DNA of 64,000 nt from an uncultured virus (IMG/VR IMGVR_UViG_3300032334_001399) (Duplodnaviria > Heunggongvirae > Uroviricota > Caudoviricetes): the IMG/VR virus record IMGVR_UViG_3300032334_001399; one strand, given 5' to 3'. Below the pieces are notes generated by a model, which was not told the DNA's origin, did no database searches, and was given only the letters and a program-made list of their open reading frames with translations. The number at the start of each line of letters is the position of its first letter. The first letter of the stretch is position 1. Made by a program: the position numbers and the translations under genes. Below are positions 35,143 to 46,126 of this stretch, one piece after another.

Positions 35143-37659
35143 ATGGCTACTACTATTAATATACAAGCAACACAGGTTACAGGAACTGTTAGCCAGCAAC
35201 AAGTAGTAGCAAAACCTACCATAACAAATTATGCTACTAGTAATACACCTACTCCTGGAATTACAACTGCAAATGTATCAGATTCAAGTTTAACTATTAG
35301 TGAAAGTGGACTAGATCAAAATTCTGTTCCTACTACAATTAGATCTAGATCTGAAGGCGATCAAGTTAACCTTACTGATTTAACAATACGTGTAGCTACT
35401 TATAGGCGAACAATTACTGATCCACTAACAGCTACTGATAATTTTAGCAAAGTTGTTAACTTTAAAAGAACATTTACACACAGTGCTACTGCACAAGAAA
35501 GTAATTCAATAAAAGTCAACATTTTAAAAACAGATAGAATAAATGCGGGTGATAATGTATTAAAGTCTATACGATCATTACGCACAGATGTTGTAAATGT
35601 TAGTAATCCAATTTATTTAGCGCCTAAACCATTACAAACAGATCGGGCCAATGTTTTAGAAAGTATTAAACTAACTCCTAAACCTGTAAAAACTGATAAT
35701 TTTACCGCCACAGAAAATTTTGCTAGAGTAGTTAACTATTTACGAACTTTAACAGATCGAGTAAATGCTACTGATGATTATTTGGGTAATGCTAATATTG
35801 ATGATGATCAATATGTTACCTTTATAAAAGGTCTAGTTATATCTGTTCAAGCTTCGGAGTTTACAGCTAAACAAATTAAAACTACAACAACTGACAAGAT
35901 TGATAATATAAGTGACGTTAAGTTTATAACTATTAAGGTACCAAAAACTGATAATTTTACTGCTACAGAGACATTTAGCAGAATAGTATCATATAATCGT
36001 ACACAATCTGATCAAATTAATTTTTCAGAAAATATCTTAAAAAATACTGGCAAGTTGTTATCAGATAGTGTTAATGTTAGTGAAACAAAATTTGCTAGTA
36101 TACGAATATTAAAAACTGATTTTATTAATTGCCCGGCTGAAACAATTCAAAAATCTATTAGTGCTAAATATTCCGATACTAGTAATGTTTTAGAATTTAT
36201 AGCTAAAAACATTGCTTTAAACGGATTTAGTGATTTGTTTCAAGTATCGGAAACTCCATTTAAATCACCTAGATTATTAAAAACAGACGCTGCATCTGCT
36301 GAAGATCGATTTAGTAGAACAATTGCATATAAACCAATATTAACTGATCAAGTAACCGCCACAGATGACTATCAAGGTTTAGCTAATATTGATGATGATC
36401 AATATGTTACATTTGGTAAAAATAATACTGATACAGTTAATTTTTCAGAATTGTTGCCTAAAAATGTTAATAAAATATTAACGCCTGATAGTTTTAACAT
36501 ATTAGAAACTAAATATGCTAGTTTAAATATATTAAAAACTGATAGTGGTACTACTAGTGATCAAGCCAGTAAATCTATACAATTAGTTCGTAATATAGCA
36601 TCTAATGTATCAGAAAGTCTGTTAAAAAATATTGGTAAATTTGCCAGCGATTTAAATAATGTTTCAGAAACTTCGTATAGTAATGTTGGTATAGTTAAAA
36701 CAGACTATGTTAATTTAACAGATCCTCAATTAAAAAATATTGGATTATTTAATTTAGATAGAGTAAATATTGCAGAAACTACCTATAAAACTGCTAGTAA
36801 AATTTTAAAAGACGTTATAAATACTATTGATCAGTTAGCATTAACACCTAAGCCAGTACTAATAGATCAGATTAATATTGCAGAGTCACTTTTAACATAT
36901 AAATATACTTTAACAACTCTGCAAGATTCCTCTAATGTTGCTGATAAATTGTTAAAAAATATTGGATTATTTAATTTAGACGCAATAAATTTTTCAGAAA
37001 ATTTTACTAGAACAGCAAATTATCAGCGAACTTTTGAAGAACTTGTTTATCCTGACTTTTTAGTTCTTGAAAACTTATTAGACTTTTTATTACTAGAAAA
37101 CGGTGATTTTTTAACTACAGAATCTGGCCCGTCACTTAGACTAATTGATTCTAATATTAACTTTAAAGTTAATATGTTTAAAACTGACATAGTTAATGTT
37201 CAAGAAACGCCACTAAAAAATGTTAATAAATTGTTTGCGAATGGTGTTAATGCCGCAGAAAGTTTTGCTAGAGTAGTTAACTATTTACGAACTTTAACAG
37301 ATCAAGTAAATGCTACAGATGATTATTTAGGCAATGCTAATATTGATGATGATCAATACGTTACCTTTAATAAACGCGTTACAGATATAGTAAATATTGC
37401 AGAAACTACCTATAAAACTGCTAGTAAAATTTTAAAAGACGTTATAAATACTATTGATCAGTTAGCGTTAACACCTAAGCCGGTACGAATAGATCAAGCT
37501 AATTTTACAGAAACAGTTACAACATTTAAATTTATTTGGCAAAAACCAGCAGATACAATAAACGTATCTAATCTTGGAAAAGCATACGCGCAAAGTTATT
37601 TTGCAGATCCCAATTATACAACACCTGGATACACAGGAACAATAACAACATTTACATAA
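35143..37659 (+). CDS. Repeat-rich putative virion fibre protein (838 aa)
   Basis: Roughly 19-aa K..D..N.SE periodicity; three ATDDY.G.ANIDDDQYVTF units; DNA-level direct repeats. Confidence 0.65.
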   Translation: MATTINIQATQVTGTVSQQQVVAKPTITNYATSNTPTPGITTANVSDSSLTISESGLDQNSVPTTIRSRSEGDQVNLTDLTIRVATYRRTITDPLTATDNFSKVVNFKRTFTHSATAQESNSIKVNILKTDRINAGDNVLKSIRSLRTDVVNVSNPIYLAPKPLQTDRANVLESIKLTPKPVKTDNFTATENFARVVNYLRTLTDRVNATDDYLGNANIDDDQYVTFIKGLVISVQASEFTAKQIKTTTTDKIDNISDVKFITIKVPKTDNFTATETFSRIVSYNRTQSDQINFSENILKNTGKLLSDSVNVSETKFASIRILKTDFINCPAETIQKSISAKYSDTSNVLEFIAKNIALNGFSDLFQVSETPFKSPRLLKTDAASAEDRFSRTIAYKPILTDQVTATDDYQGLANIDDDQYVTFGKNNTDTVNFSELLPKNVNKILTPDSFNILETKYASLNILKTDSGTTSDQASKSIQLVRNIASNVSESLLKNIGKFASDLNNVSETSYSNVGIVKTDYVNLTDPQLKNIGLFNLDRVNIAETTYKTASKILKDVINTIDQLALTPKPVLIDQINIAESLLTYKYTLTTLQDSSNVADKLLKNIGLFNLDAINFSENFTRTANYQRTFEELVYPDFLVLENLLDFLLLENGDFLTTESGPSLRLIDSNINFKVNMFKTDIVNVQETPLKNVNKLFANGVNAAESFARVVNYLRTLTDQVNATDDYLGNANIDDDQYVTFNKRVTDIVNIAETTYKTASKILKDVINTIDQLALTPKPVRIDQANFTETVTTFKFIWQKPADTINVSNLGKAYAQSYFADPNYTTPGYTGTITTFT

Positions 37660-37715
37660 ATGTTTTACTTCGCCAATAGCTAAAAGCTTTGGTATTTAAC
37701 TTTAAAGGAAAAATC

Positions 37716-38207
37716 ATGGTGAATAATTCTTCACTGTTACAAGCCAAAGGTACACTAGAGCTAAAGTTACTGGATCAATTTGGCAATGTAATTGAAAATC
37801 GCAACCACAATAACTTAGTAGTTACTGGCGGTTTAGGATTTATTACTAGTCGTATGTCAGGTACAGCTAGTTCTGTAATGGCTAGTATGGCAGTTGGAAC
37901 AAGTAGTACTGCAGTTGCTGCATCTCAACAAAACTTAGTTACTGAATCTGCACGTACCGCTTCGCTAGATAGCACTACTATTACAACAACCACAGTTACT
38001 AATGATACTATTCAGTATGTTGCAACTTTTGCTGCTGGTGTTGCTACTGCGGCTCTTACTGAAGCGGCTATTTTTAATTATACAACATATACAGCCAGCC
38101 CATCGGCCAGCCAAATTATGTTGTGCCGTACAGTATTTAATGTGATCAATAAAGGTGCTAATGATACACTAGTGATTACTTGGAAAATTCAGTTAGCAGC
38201 AGTTTAA
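37716..38207 (+). CDS. Virion structural protein (fibre-associated), start corrected to 37716
   Basis: SD AAAGGA; NLVVTGG, MAVGT, LTEAAIFN, DTLVITWKI motifs. Confidence 0.65.
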   Translation: MVNNSSLLQAKGTLELKLLDQFGNVIENRNHNNLVVTGGLGFITSRMSGTASSVMASMAVGTSSTAVAASQQNLVTESARTASLDSTTITTTTVTNDTIQYVATFAAGVATAALTEAAIFNYTTYTASPSASQIMLCRTVFNVINKGANDTLVITWKIQLAAV

Positions 38208-38232
38208 TTTTAACACAGGGGACTAGATTAAC

Positions 38233-39489
38233 ATGGCAACAATTGTTACAAACATTACTGGGGCTACTGCCGTTAATCGTCCCCTTACTAATACTGAACT
38301 TGATAATAATTTTATCAATTTAAATACTGCAATAACTAGTTTTGCAGAAACTGATACACTAGCTACAGTCACTGGTCGCGGAGCAACCACATCTACAGAT
38401 ATTACTCTTGGAAATAGCGTAGCTACTAGCATTACAAATTTTGGTGGTACAACCGCTAATTACTTGCAAACGTCTGCAAATGGTAGTCTCTATGTAAGAA
38501 CTAAAGATCAAACTACTGTTTCATCTAAAGTTTTATATTTACAAACTGGTAATAATACGCTTAGTGGATCAAATACTGGTAATATTAGTATTAAAACAGG
38601 TAATGCTACTGGCGGTGGCGGAGCATTTGCAGGTGATATTAGTATATCACCTGGATCTGGTGATACTGACGGGGCAATAATTACAATAACTGGTGGTCAA
38701 TCTACTGCTGGCACTACATCAACTGGTGGTAGTGTTACAATTAAAGGTGGTGCTAGTGGTACTACAAGTAGTACCACTGCTATTGGTGGAACCCTTTATA
38801 TTTATGGAGGTGAAGTTACCAGTGCTAATAATTTTTCTAAAACTACTGGATCTGTATACATTGACGGTGGCGGTGCTCAAGGTTTAGGTACTATTACATA
38901 TGGTAGTGTTAATATTGGCACTAGTAGTTCCGGCAGTACTAGTGCAACTTCTACAGTTAATATTGGTAATTCAGCAAATACTACTGTTATTAATGGTACG
39001 GTTAAATTACCTAATGTAGGAACTTCTGGTTTTGTTAAACTTGGTACAGGAGGACAACTTTCTGCTGATACTACCAGTTATCTTACTACTAATAGTGCAT
39101 TAGGTACGCCAGCCTCAGGTACACTCTCTAGTTGTACAGTTGATGGCACTAATCCAGTAGGTTATTTAAATATTCCTCAAAATAGTCAATCAGCTGCATA
39201 CACAACAGTATTAAGCGATGCCGGTAAACATATTTATCATCCAGCTGCAGATACTAATGCTAGAACTTATACTATTGCTGCTAATGCTTCAGTAGCTTAT
39301 CCAATTGGAACTGTAATTGCTTTTGTTAATATGACTTCTCAAACAGTTACTATTGCTATTAATAGTGATACTTTGTATTTAGGTAATACAGGTCTAACCG
39401 GTAGTCGTAGTTTAGCGCAGTATGGTGTTGCAAATGCTTTAAAAATTACTAGTACTAGTTGGATTATTACTGGGACGGGACTTACATGA
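38233..39489 (+). CDS. Tail fibre-like protein, Gly/Thr-rich
   Basis: PLTNTELDNNF N-terminus, repeated I.I.GG strands, C-terminal GYLNIPQN...LKITSTSWIITG. Confidence 0.65.
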   Translation: MATIVTNITGATAVNRPLTNTELDNNFINLNTAITSFAETDTLATVTGRGATTSTDITLGNSVATSITNFGGTTANYLQTSANGSLYVRTKDQTTVSSKVLYLQTGNNTLSGSNTGNISIKTGNATGGGGAFAGDISISPGSGDTDGAIITITGGQSTAGTTSTGGSVTIKGGASGTTSSTTAIGGTLYIYGGEVTSANNFSKTTGSVYIDGGGAQGLGTITYGSVNIGTSSSGSTSATSTVNIGNSANTTVINGTVKLPNVGTSGFVKLGTGGQLSADTTSYLTTNSALGTPASGTLSSCTVDGTNPVGYLNIPQNSQSAAYTTVLSDAGKHIYHPAADTNARTYTIAANASVAYPIGTVIAFVNMTSQTVTIAINSDTLYLGNTGLTGSRSLAQYGVANALKITSTSWIITGTGLT

Positions 39490-42400
39490 GCGGGTTTCTT
39501 AGCGCATTTGTTGGTGGAAGTTATGGTGCTAAACCTGATGCACCTACTATTGGTACTGCAACTGCAACTGGTACAACTACTGCTACTGTTTCATATAGTG
39601 CCCCTGCTAGTAATGGTGGGGTAGCAATTACTAGTTATACTGCAACATCTAATCCTGGCGGAATTACAGGTACACTAAGTCAAGCTGGAAATGGTACAAT
39701 TACTATTAGTGGCCTAACTGCTGGCACTGCATATACATTTACAGTTACAGCAACTAATTCAGTAGGCACTAGTTCAGCAAGTTCAGCAAGTAATAGTATT
39801 ACTACTTATAGTGTTCCTGTAAATACAGTTGCGCCAGCAGTTACAGGTACAGCATGGGTAGGACAAACACTTAGTTGCACTACTGGTACTTGGACAGGTA
39901 TACCAGCACCTTCATATACTTATCAATGGTTTCGTGGTGCAAGCAGTATTAGTGGAGCAGCTAGTAGTACATATACCATTGTTTCTGCTGACATTGGTAA
40001 TACTTTATATTGTAGAGTAACAGCTACTAATGCTGCTGCAAGTACTAATGCTAATTCTAATACTACTGCTACAGTTATAGGTGTATCTGATGCTCCTACT
40101 ATTGGTACTGCTACAGTAACAGGAACTGGTAGCGCTACCGTATCTTATACTGCACCTGCAAGCAATAATGGCTCAGCTATTACTAGCTATACAGCAGTAA
40201 GTAGTCCTGGTGGTATTACTGGTACATTAAGTACTGCTGCATCAGGTACTATTACAGTTAGTGGATTAAGTTCAAATACTGCTTATACGTTTACTGTGTA
40301 TGCTACTAATACTGCTGGCAATAGTCTAAGTAGTGCAGCTAGTAATAACATTACTACTTATAGTGTACCTAGTAATACAGTAGCACCAGCGGTTAGTGGT
40401 ACAACTTATTACGGATACACGCTTAGTTGTACTACTGGTACATGGACTGGTAATCCCGCAAGTTTTAGTTATAGCTATCAATGGATACGTGGTGGATCAA
40501 CTAATATTGGAAGTAATTCTAATACATATACTCTTGTAGCCGCCGATGTAGGCAATACTATTAGTTGTACGGTAACAGCTACTAATACTGGTGGTAGTAC
40601 TTCAGCAAGTTCTAATAGTAGTGGAACAGTTGTAGCAGTTGCACCAAATGCACCTACTATTGGTACTGCTACTGCTTCAGGTTTAACAACCGCTACACTT
40701 ACATTCACTGAATCTACTGATAATGGTGGATCGGCTATTACTAGCCACTTTGTGTTTAGTAATCCTGCTGTTAATGCTGGCCAAATAGTTGGAAATTCTC
40801 CAGTTACGGTTACGGGATTATCACCAGGAACTAGTTATACTTTTACTGTTGCTACAAACAATGGTGTTGGAACCAGCTCAACAAGTACTGCAAGTAATAG
40901 TATTACTACTTATAGTGTACCTAGTAATACAGCAGCACCAGCAATTGGTGGAGCAACATATGTTGGTCAAGCATTAAGTTGTAGTACAGGTACTTGGACA
41001 GGTAATCCAGCTAGTTTTAGTTATAGTTATCAATGGAAACGCGCTGGATCTACCAATATTGGCACTAATTCTTCTTCATATACGCTTGTGTCCGCTGATT
41101 TAGGTAATGCAATTAGTTGTACAGTAACAGCTACTAATAGTGGTGGTAGTACTTCGGCTAATTCTAACTCTACAGCTTCAGTTACTACTACGGCAGGTGC
41201 TCCTACTATTGGTACTGCTACAGTAACAGGAACTGATAGCGCTACCGTATCTTATACTGCACCTGCAAGTAATGGTGGTAATACTATTACTAGTTATGTT
41301 GCTGTATCTAGTCCAGGTAATATTACTGGCACATTAAGTACTGCTGGAAATGGTACTATTACAGTTAGTGGGTTAAGTTCAAATACTGCATACACATTTA
41401 CTGTTTATGCAGTTAATGCTGCTGGTAATAGTTCAAGTAGTTCAGCAAGTAATAGTATTACTACTTATAGTATACCTGCTAATACAGCAGCACCAGTAGT
41501 TAGTGGTACAACTAGTTTTGGTAGTACACTTAGCTGTACTACTGGTACTTGGACAGGTAATCCAGCAAGTTTTAGTTATGCTTATCAATGGCGACGTAGC
41601 GGAAGTAATATTAGTGGAGCTAATAGTAGTTCATATACCTTAGTATCTGCAGACGTAGGAACTACGCTTAATTGTGTAGTAGCAGCTACTAATAGTGGTG
41701 GAACAAGTGAAAGTGCGTCTAATACTACTGCTGCAATTACAGCAACTATACCTGGTACTCCTACTATTGGTACTGCTACCTCAACGGGTCAAACAACTGC
41801 AACAGTAGCATTTACCGCACCAGCTAGTAATGGTGGTTCAACTATTATTAGTTATACTGCCACCAGTAGTCCTGGTGGTCGTACTGGCACATTAAGTCAA
41901 GCTGGAAGCGGTACTATTACAATTACTGGACTAACTTCTGGAACAGCTTATACATTTACTGTATACGCGACTAATGCTATTGGTAATAGTTCTTCAAGTG
42001 CTGCAAGTAATAGCATTACAACTACTGTTGCAGCGCCTACGTATTCTTCTGGGCTTAGTATTAGTGGTAATGCATGGGTTGGACAAACTCTTAGTGCAAT
42101 TGGTGGTAGTTGGACAAACTCACCTACGGGATATACCTATCAATGGATACGTGGTGTTTCAGATATTAGTGGTGCAACAGGAAGTCAATATGTTGTTACT
42201 GCTACTGACTTAGGCAATACCCTTGCTGTTAGAGTAACTGCTAGTAATGCTGGTGGTAGTAATTCAGCTACTTCTAGTAACACAGCTACTGTTATTACTG
42301 TTCCGGGCGCTCCTACTATTGGTACTGCTAGTTCAACACAAACAACTGGTGCTGCAGTTACTTTTACAGCTCCTGGAAGTAATGGTGGTTCAGCTATTAC

Positions 42401-44660
42401 TAGTTATACAGCAATAGCTAGCCCCGGTGGAGCATCGCAATCTGCTGTAGCTAGCCCAATTACTGTTAGTGGGCTTAGTCCCGGAACAGCTTATACATTT
42501 ACTGTGTATGCAACTAATGCTGCTGGTAATAGTACAAGTAGTTCAGCAAGTAATAGCGTTACAACTTATCGATTACCATATTATACTACTGCTCCAACAA
42601 TTAGTGGTACACAGTATGTTGGTCAATCAATTAGTTTGAATATTGGTAGTTGGAGCGGTAATCCAGCAAGTTTTACATATGGTTATCAATGGCAACGTAA
42701 CGGAACTAATATTAGTGGAGCTACTAGTATTTCATATATTATTACTAGTACAGATAATGGAAATACTTTAAGTTGTTATTTAACTGTTCTAAATTCAGCA
42801 GGAACTACTAATTATACGGCTACAGCTGGAAGTGCTGTTGCGTATCCACCACCAGTTAACCTTAGCCTTCCAACTATTAGTAATACACCTGCTTATGTTG
42901 GTGTTACACTTGGTATTGGTACTGGTTCTTGGCAAGATGCATCAACTTATGCTTATCAATGGTTACGTGCTGGAATTAACATTACTGGAGCAACTACCAA
43001 TTCATATACTGTTACTAGTACAGACATAGGATATGCTCTTTCTTGTAGAGTAACAGCAACGGGAAGCGGCGGTAGTACTTCAGCTACTAGTGCTTCTACA
43101 AATACGGTTACTGTTGCACCTCCAACTAATACTGCAGCTCCAACAATTTCTGGTACTGCACAAGTTGGTCAAGTTTTAACAGCTTCTGTAGGTACTTGGA
43201 CAGGCTCACCCTCATATGGTTATCAATGGTTACGTGCTGGAACTAGTATTAGTGGAGCAACAGGTTTTCAATACACTCTTACTTCTACAGATGTAGGTAA
43301 TGGTATTGCTTGTACAATAACAGCTACTAATGCTGGTGGTAGTACCTCAGCTACTAGTGCCTATACAACCACAGTTACGTACCCAGCTCCAGTTAATCTT
43401 TCTGCTCCTGTTGTTTCTATTTCGCAACCCTATGTTGGAGATAATATTTCCGCTAGTAGTGGATCATGGCAAGATGCGTCATCATACGCATATCAATGGT
43501 TACGTGCTGGAACTAGTATTAGTGGAGCAACAAGCCAAGGCTATACAGTTACTAGTGCAGATGTAGGCAACGGTCTTGCTTGCAGCGTAACAGCTACAGG
43601 AACTGGAGGAAGTACATCTGTTACTACCAGCTATACAAGTGCAGTAATTCAACAAGCTATAGCATTAACAGGCTCAGCCGCTCCTTATATTAGTGCGTAC
43701 CCTTGGTCTGGTGGATTTGGAACTAAATATAATGACCCAACTACAACAGCTGGTGGAGTAACTTATGCAATAGATTTTAATCCTCAAGGAACAGTTATTG
43801 CAACTGCAAATAGTACTAGCCCTGCTATTAATGCATGGCTTTGGTCTAACAGCGGGTTTGGTACAAAATTTGGTAATCCTAGTGTTTCATCAGGTACAAT
43901 TAATTATGGTGTAGATTTTGATCCAACAGGAACCACCGTTGTATCTAGTAGCAGTTCTACTCCATACGTTCATGCATATCCTTGGTCTAGCAGTGGATTT
44001 GGTACAAGATTCAGTAGCCCAGCATCAACACCAGGAAATTTTTCAGTTGGAGGAGTAGCTTTTAATCCTAGTTCAACAGCAATCGCGGTGGGTTTTCAAA
44101 CTACTGTTCCATATATTGCTGCATATCCATGGACTAATGGTGTAGGATGGGGTACTAGATATGCAGACCCAACTACTGGACCAGCTACTACTACGTATAA
44201 AGTAACATTTAATCCTCAAGGAACAGCTATTGCAAGTGCAAACAGCACCAGTAGTCCATTTATCAATGTATGGGCTTGGTCTAGTGGTTTTGGTACAAAA
44301 TTTGCTGATCCAGCAACGCTTATGTCAGGCCAAACATTTGGTGTAGCATTTAGCCCTTCTGGTTTAACAATAGCAGGCGTAAGTACCAGTACTGCAAATA
44401 TTCATACATGGCCTTGGTCTAGCGGTGGGTTTGGCACTAAATATGCTAATCCTAGTACTTTGCCTACGGGATCTGGAGCCAGAGCAGTAACATTTAATGT
44501 AACATCAACTGTTATTGCAAGTACTTGTACAACAAGTCCTTATATCAATGCATATCAATGGATTGACGGGTTTGGTTTTGGTGTTAAATATGCCGATCCT
44601 ACTACATTACCAACGGCTGTTGGTACTTCATACGGTAGTAGTTTAAAATTCTTCCCCTAA
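39486..44660 (+). CDS. Large adhesin-like virion protein: 6 FN3 plus 9 Ig-like repeats and a 7-bladed beta-propeller-like C-terminus
   Basis: ATG 39486 overlaps the upstream stop; six P.APTIGTA units; nine P.N..AP.(V/I)SG...Y.YQW.R units; seven PY..AYPW..GFGTK(Y/F)..P units. Confidence 0.8.
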   Translation: MSGFLSAFVGGSYGAKPDAPTIGTATATGTTTATVSYSAPASNGGVAITSYTATSNPGGITGTLSQAGNGTITISGLTAGTAYTFTVTATNSVGTSSASSASNSITTYSVPVNTVAPAVTGTAWVGQTLSCTTGTWTGIPAPSYTYQWFRGASSISGAASSTYTIVSADIGNTLYCRVTATNAAASTNANSNTTATVIGVSDAPTIGTATVTGTGSATVSYTAPASNNGSAITSYTAVSSPGGITGTLSTAASGTITVSGLSSNTAYTFTVYATNTAGNSLSSAASNNITTYSVPSNTVAPAVSGTTYYGYTLSCTTGTWTGNPASFSYSYQWIRGGSTNIGSNSNTYTLVAADVGNTISCTVTATNTGGSTSASSNSSGTVVAVAPNAPTIGTATASGLTTATLTFTESTDNGGSAITSHFVFSNPAVNAGQIVGNSPVTVTGLSPGTSYTFTVATNNGVGTSSTSTASNSITTYSVPSNTAAPAIGGATYVGQALSCSTGTWTGNPASFSYSYQWKRAGSTNIGTNSSSYTLVSADLGNAISCTVTATNSGGSTSANSNSTASVTTTAGAPTIGTATVTGTDSATVSYTAPASNGGNTITSYVAVSSPGNITGTLSTAGNGTITVSGLSSNTAYTFTVYAVNAAGNSSSSSASNSITTYSIPANTAAPVVSGTTSFGSTLSCTTGTWTGNPASFSYAYQWRRSGSNISGANSSSYTLVSADVGTTLNCVVAATNSGGTSESASNTTAAITATIPGTPTIGTATSTGQTTATVAFTAPASNGGSTIISYTATSSPGGRTGTLSQAGSGTITITGLTSGTAYTFTVYATNAIGNSSSSAASNSITTTVAAPTYSSGLSISGNAWVGQTLSAIGGSWTNSPTGYTYQWIRGVSDISGATGSQYVVTATDLGNTLAVRVTASNAGGSNSATSSNTATVITVPGAPTIGTASSTQTTGAAVTFTAPGSNGGSAITSYTAIASPGGASQSAVASPITVSGLSPGTAYTFTVYATNAAGNSTSSSASNSVTTYRLPYYTTAPTISGTQYVGQSISLNIGSWSGNPASFTYGYQWQRNGTNISGATSISYIITSTDNGNTLSCYLTVLNSAGTTNYTATAGSAVAYPPPVNLSLPTISNTPAYVGVTLGIGTGSWQDASTYAYQWLRAGINITGATTNSYTVTSTDIGYALSCRVTATGSGGSTSATSASTNTVTVAPPTNTAAPTISGTAQVGQVLTASVGTWTGSPSYGYQWLRAGTSISGATGFQYTLTSTDVGNGIACTITATNAGGSTSATSAYTTTVTYPAPVNLSAPVVSISQPYVGDNISASSGSWQDASSYAYQWLRAGTSISGATSQGYTVTSADVGNGLACSVTATGTGGSTSVTTSYTSAVIQQAIALTGSAAPYISAYPWSGGFGTKYNDPTTTAGGVTYAIDFNPQGTVIATANSTSPAINAWLWSNSGFGTKFGNPSVSSGTINYGVDFDPTGTTVVSSSSSTPYVHAYPWSSSGFGTRFSSPASTPGNFSVGGVAFNPSSTAIAVGFQTTVPYIAAYPWTNGVGWGTRYADPTTGPATTTYKVTFNPQGTAIASANSTSSPFINVWAWSSGFGTKFADPATLMSGQTFGVAFSPSGLTIAGVSTSTANIHTWPWSSGGFGTKYANPSTLPTGSGARAVTFNVTSTVIASTCTTSPYINAYQWIDGFGFGVKYADPTTLPTAVGTSYGSSLKFFP

Positions 44661-44672
44661 TTTTTTTTTATT

Positions 44673-45044
44673 ATGATTACTAATCAAGAACACTTAAATA
44701 ACCTTATTGTTGCTGCATTTCATCGCGAAATGGAGTTTTATCAATATCAAATGAATATTAATAACTATACTATGATGTTAAGTACACTACCTCAGGATGA
44801 TTGGCCTGAAACATTGCAAGAATACAAAACTGTATCAATTGATACACTTCCAGAAACATTAAGTGACGAAATGGTAAACACAATTTCTGATTATCAATAC
44901 CGTGACAGAATTCGTGGACTTTTGCGTACTGAAAAGGTTGAACAGGGTAAATCTGGTAAAATACGAGATGTAATTAAAATTCAAATTGGCCCGGATTATG
45001 ATAGTCTTGTAGCAGCATACAAAAATTCACAAACTGCTAGTTAA
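44673..45044 (+). CDS. Hypothetical protein (possible chaperone of the preceding adhesin)
   Basis: 123-aa ORF directly downstream. Confidence 0.6.
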   Translation: MITNQEHLNNLIVAAFHREMEFYQYQMNINNYTMMLSTLPQDDWPETLQEYKTVSIDTLPETLSDEMVNTISDYQYRDRIRGLLRTEKVEQGKSGKIRDVIKIQIGPDYDSLVAAYKNSQTAS

Positions 45045-45067
45045 AATTCTATAAACAAAAAGCTACT

Positions 45068-45430
45068 ATGATTACAGATACTAAGCTATTTATTCTTGCT
45101 GTTTTTGCTGCTATTTTATTAATGGGTGGCATATATTTTCATCGTACAACCCTAGAGGCTGGCAAACAGCAAGCTACGCTTGAATGCATGCAACAACGTA
45201 GCAAAGAAGCTGAACTTGCCAGCAATAAAATTGCACAACTAGAACAAGATCTACAACAGATTAATTTGGCTAGTCAACAACGGCAAAAAGATTTAAACAA
45301 ACATATAAAACAAATTACAGATAAACTTAAAAATCAACCTGTTGCTGTTATAGAAGGTGGTAAATGCGTTCCTGCCACAATTTTAATTGACAGTGTTAAC
45401 GAGGCTATTAATAAGGCTAATCCACAATGA
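45068..45430 (+). CDS. Rz: Inner-membrane spanin (Rz-like)
   Basis: N-terminal TM, coiled coil, two Cys; overlaps a lipoprotein gene. Confidence 0.75.
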   Translation: MITDTKLFILAVFAAILLMGGIYFHRTTLEAGKQQATLECMQQRSKEAELASNKIAQLEQDLQQINLASQQRQKDLNKHIKQITDKLKNQPVAVIEGGKCVPATILIDSVNEAINKANPQ

Positions 45431-45705
45431 AAAACGTATTAATTGTTTTAAGTGCATTAGCCATAAGTGGTTGCGGTAGTTTTAATAAATTACCGCAATC
45501 ACCACCCACTGCAGCTAAACAAACCAAGGTAGTAGTAGAACCACAACTACTACTACCTTGCGAACGCTTGCCTAATTTAGTGGCAAACACATACGAACAA
45601 GTAGCTGAACACTACTTAACTGTCATTAACCTATACGGTCAATGCGCTCTTAAACAACTAGAAAGTATCGAAGCTATTCGCAAACTTTCAAATCTGGACA
45701 AATAA
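45427..45705 (+). CDS. Rz1: Outer-membrane spanin lipoprotein (Rz1-like)
   Basis: Signal peptide with lipobox LAISG-C; Pro-rich segment, LLLPCE and YGQC. Confidence 0.78.
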   Translation: MKNVLIVLSALAISGCGSFNKLPQSPPTAAKQTKVVVEPQLLLPCERLPNLVANTYEQVAEHYLTVINLYGQCALKQLESIEAIRKLSNLDK

Positions 45706-45706
45706 A

Positions 45707-46126
45707 ATGAAAGATCACTTACGTTTTCGTAACGTTTTTATGATTGGTGGTACACTCATTGTTATGGTATACTTATACCTTAGTGACCCTAACGGCGGCA
45801 ACATGACTATTCCGTTTTTAGCTAAACTGGCTACTCCAGTAGTAGCAGTGTGGTTTGCGCATCTTGCGCGACGTGCACTATTTGACTACGCAGATATGGA
45901 ACAATTGATGAAAAAAGCTCGCGAAACCGCCACTGGCGCAGGCTTGACTTTTTTAGGTCTTTGTTTAATTATCTACGGGTTGCTTAGTCTTTTCGGTTCG
46001 CAAGTATATGCACAACCAGTAGCCACCTATATTCCTGAACAAGCACACCAACATTTACCTACACTACAACTGGAAAAAAACAAGGTTTGGGCTACACACC
46101 CAAAGCCCAATACCTTGCTAGTCTAA
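45707..46126 (+). CDS. Three-TM holin-like protein; probable N-terminal part of a membrane-anchored endolysin
   Basis: Three hydrophobic segments; soluble tail ...VWATHPK runs into the overlap with the transglycosylase ORF. Confidence 0.65.
   Translation: MKDHLRFRNVFMIGGTLIVMVYLYLSDPNGGNMTIPFLAKLATPVVAVWFAHLARRALFDYADMEQLMKKARETATGAGLTFLGLCLIIYGLLSLFGSQVYAQPVATYIPEQAHQHLPTLQLEKNKVWATHPKPNTLLV

Noticed and set aside
35719..37497. Roughly 100-bp repeat pairs as DGR template/variable repeats
   Set aside because: Differences are not adenine-specific (include T/C), both copies are coding and in frame, and no reverse transcriptase is in the window
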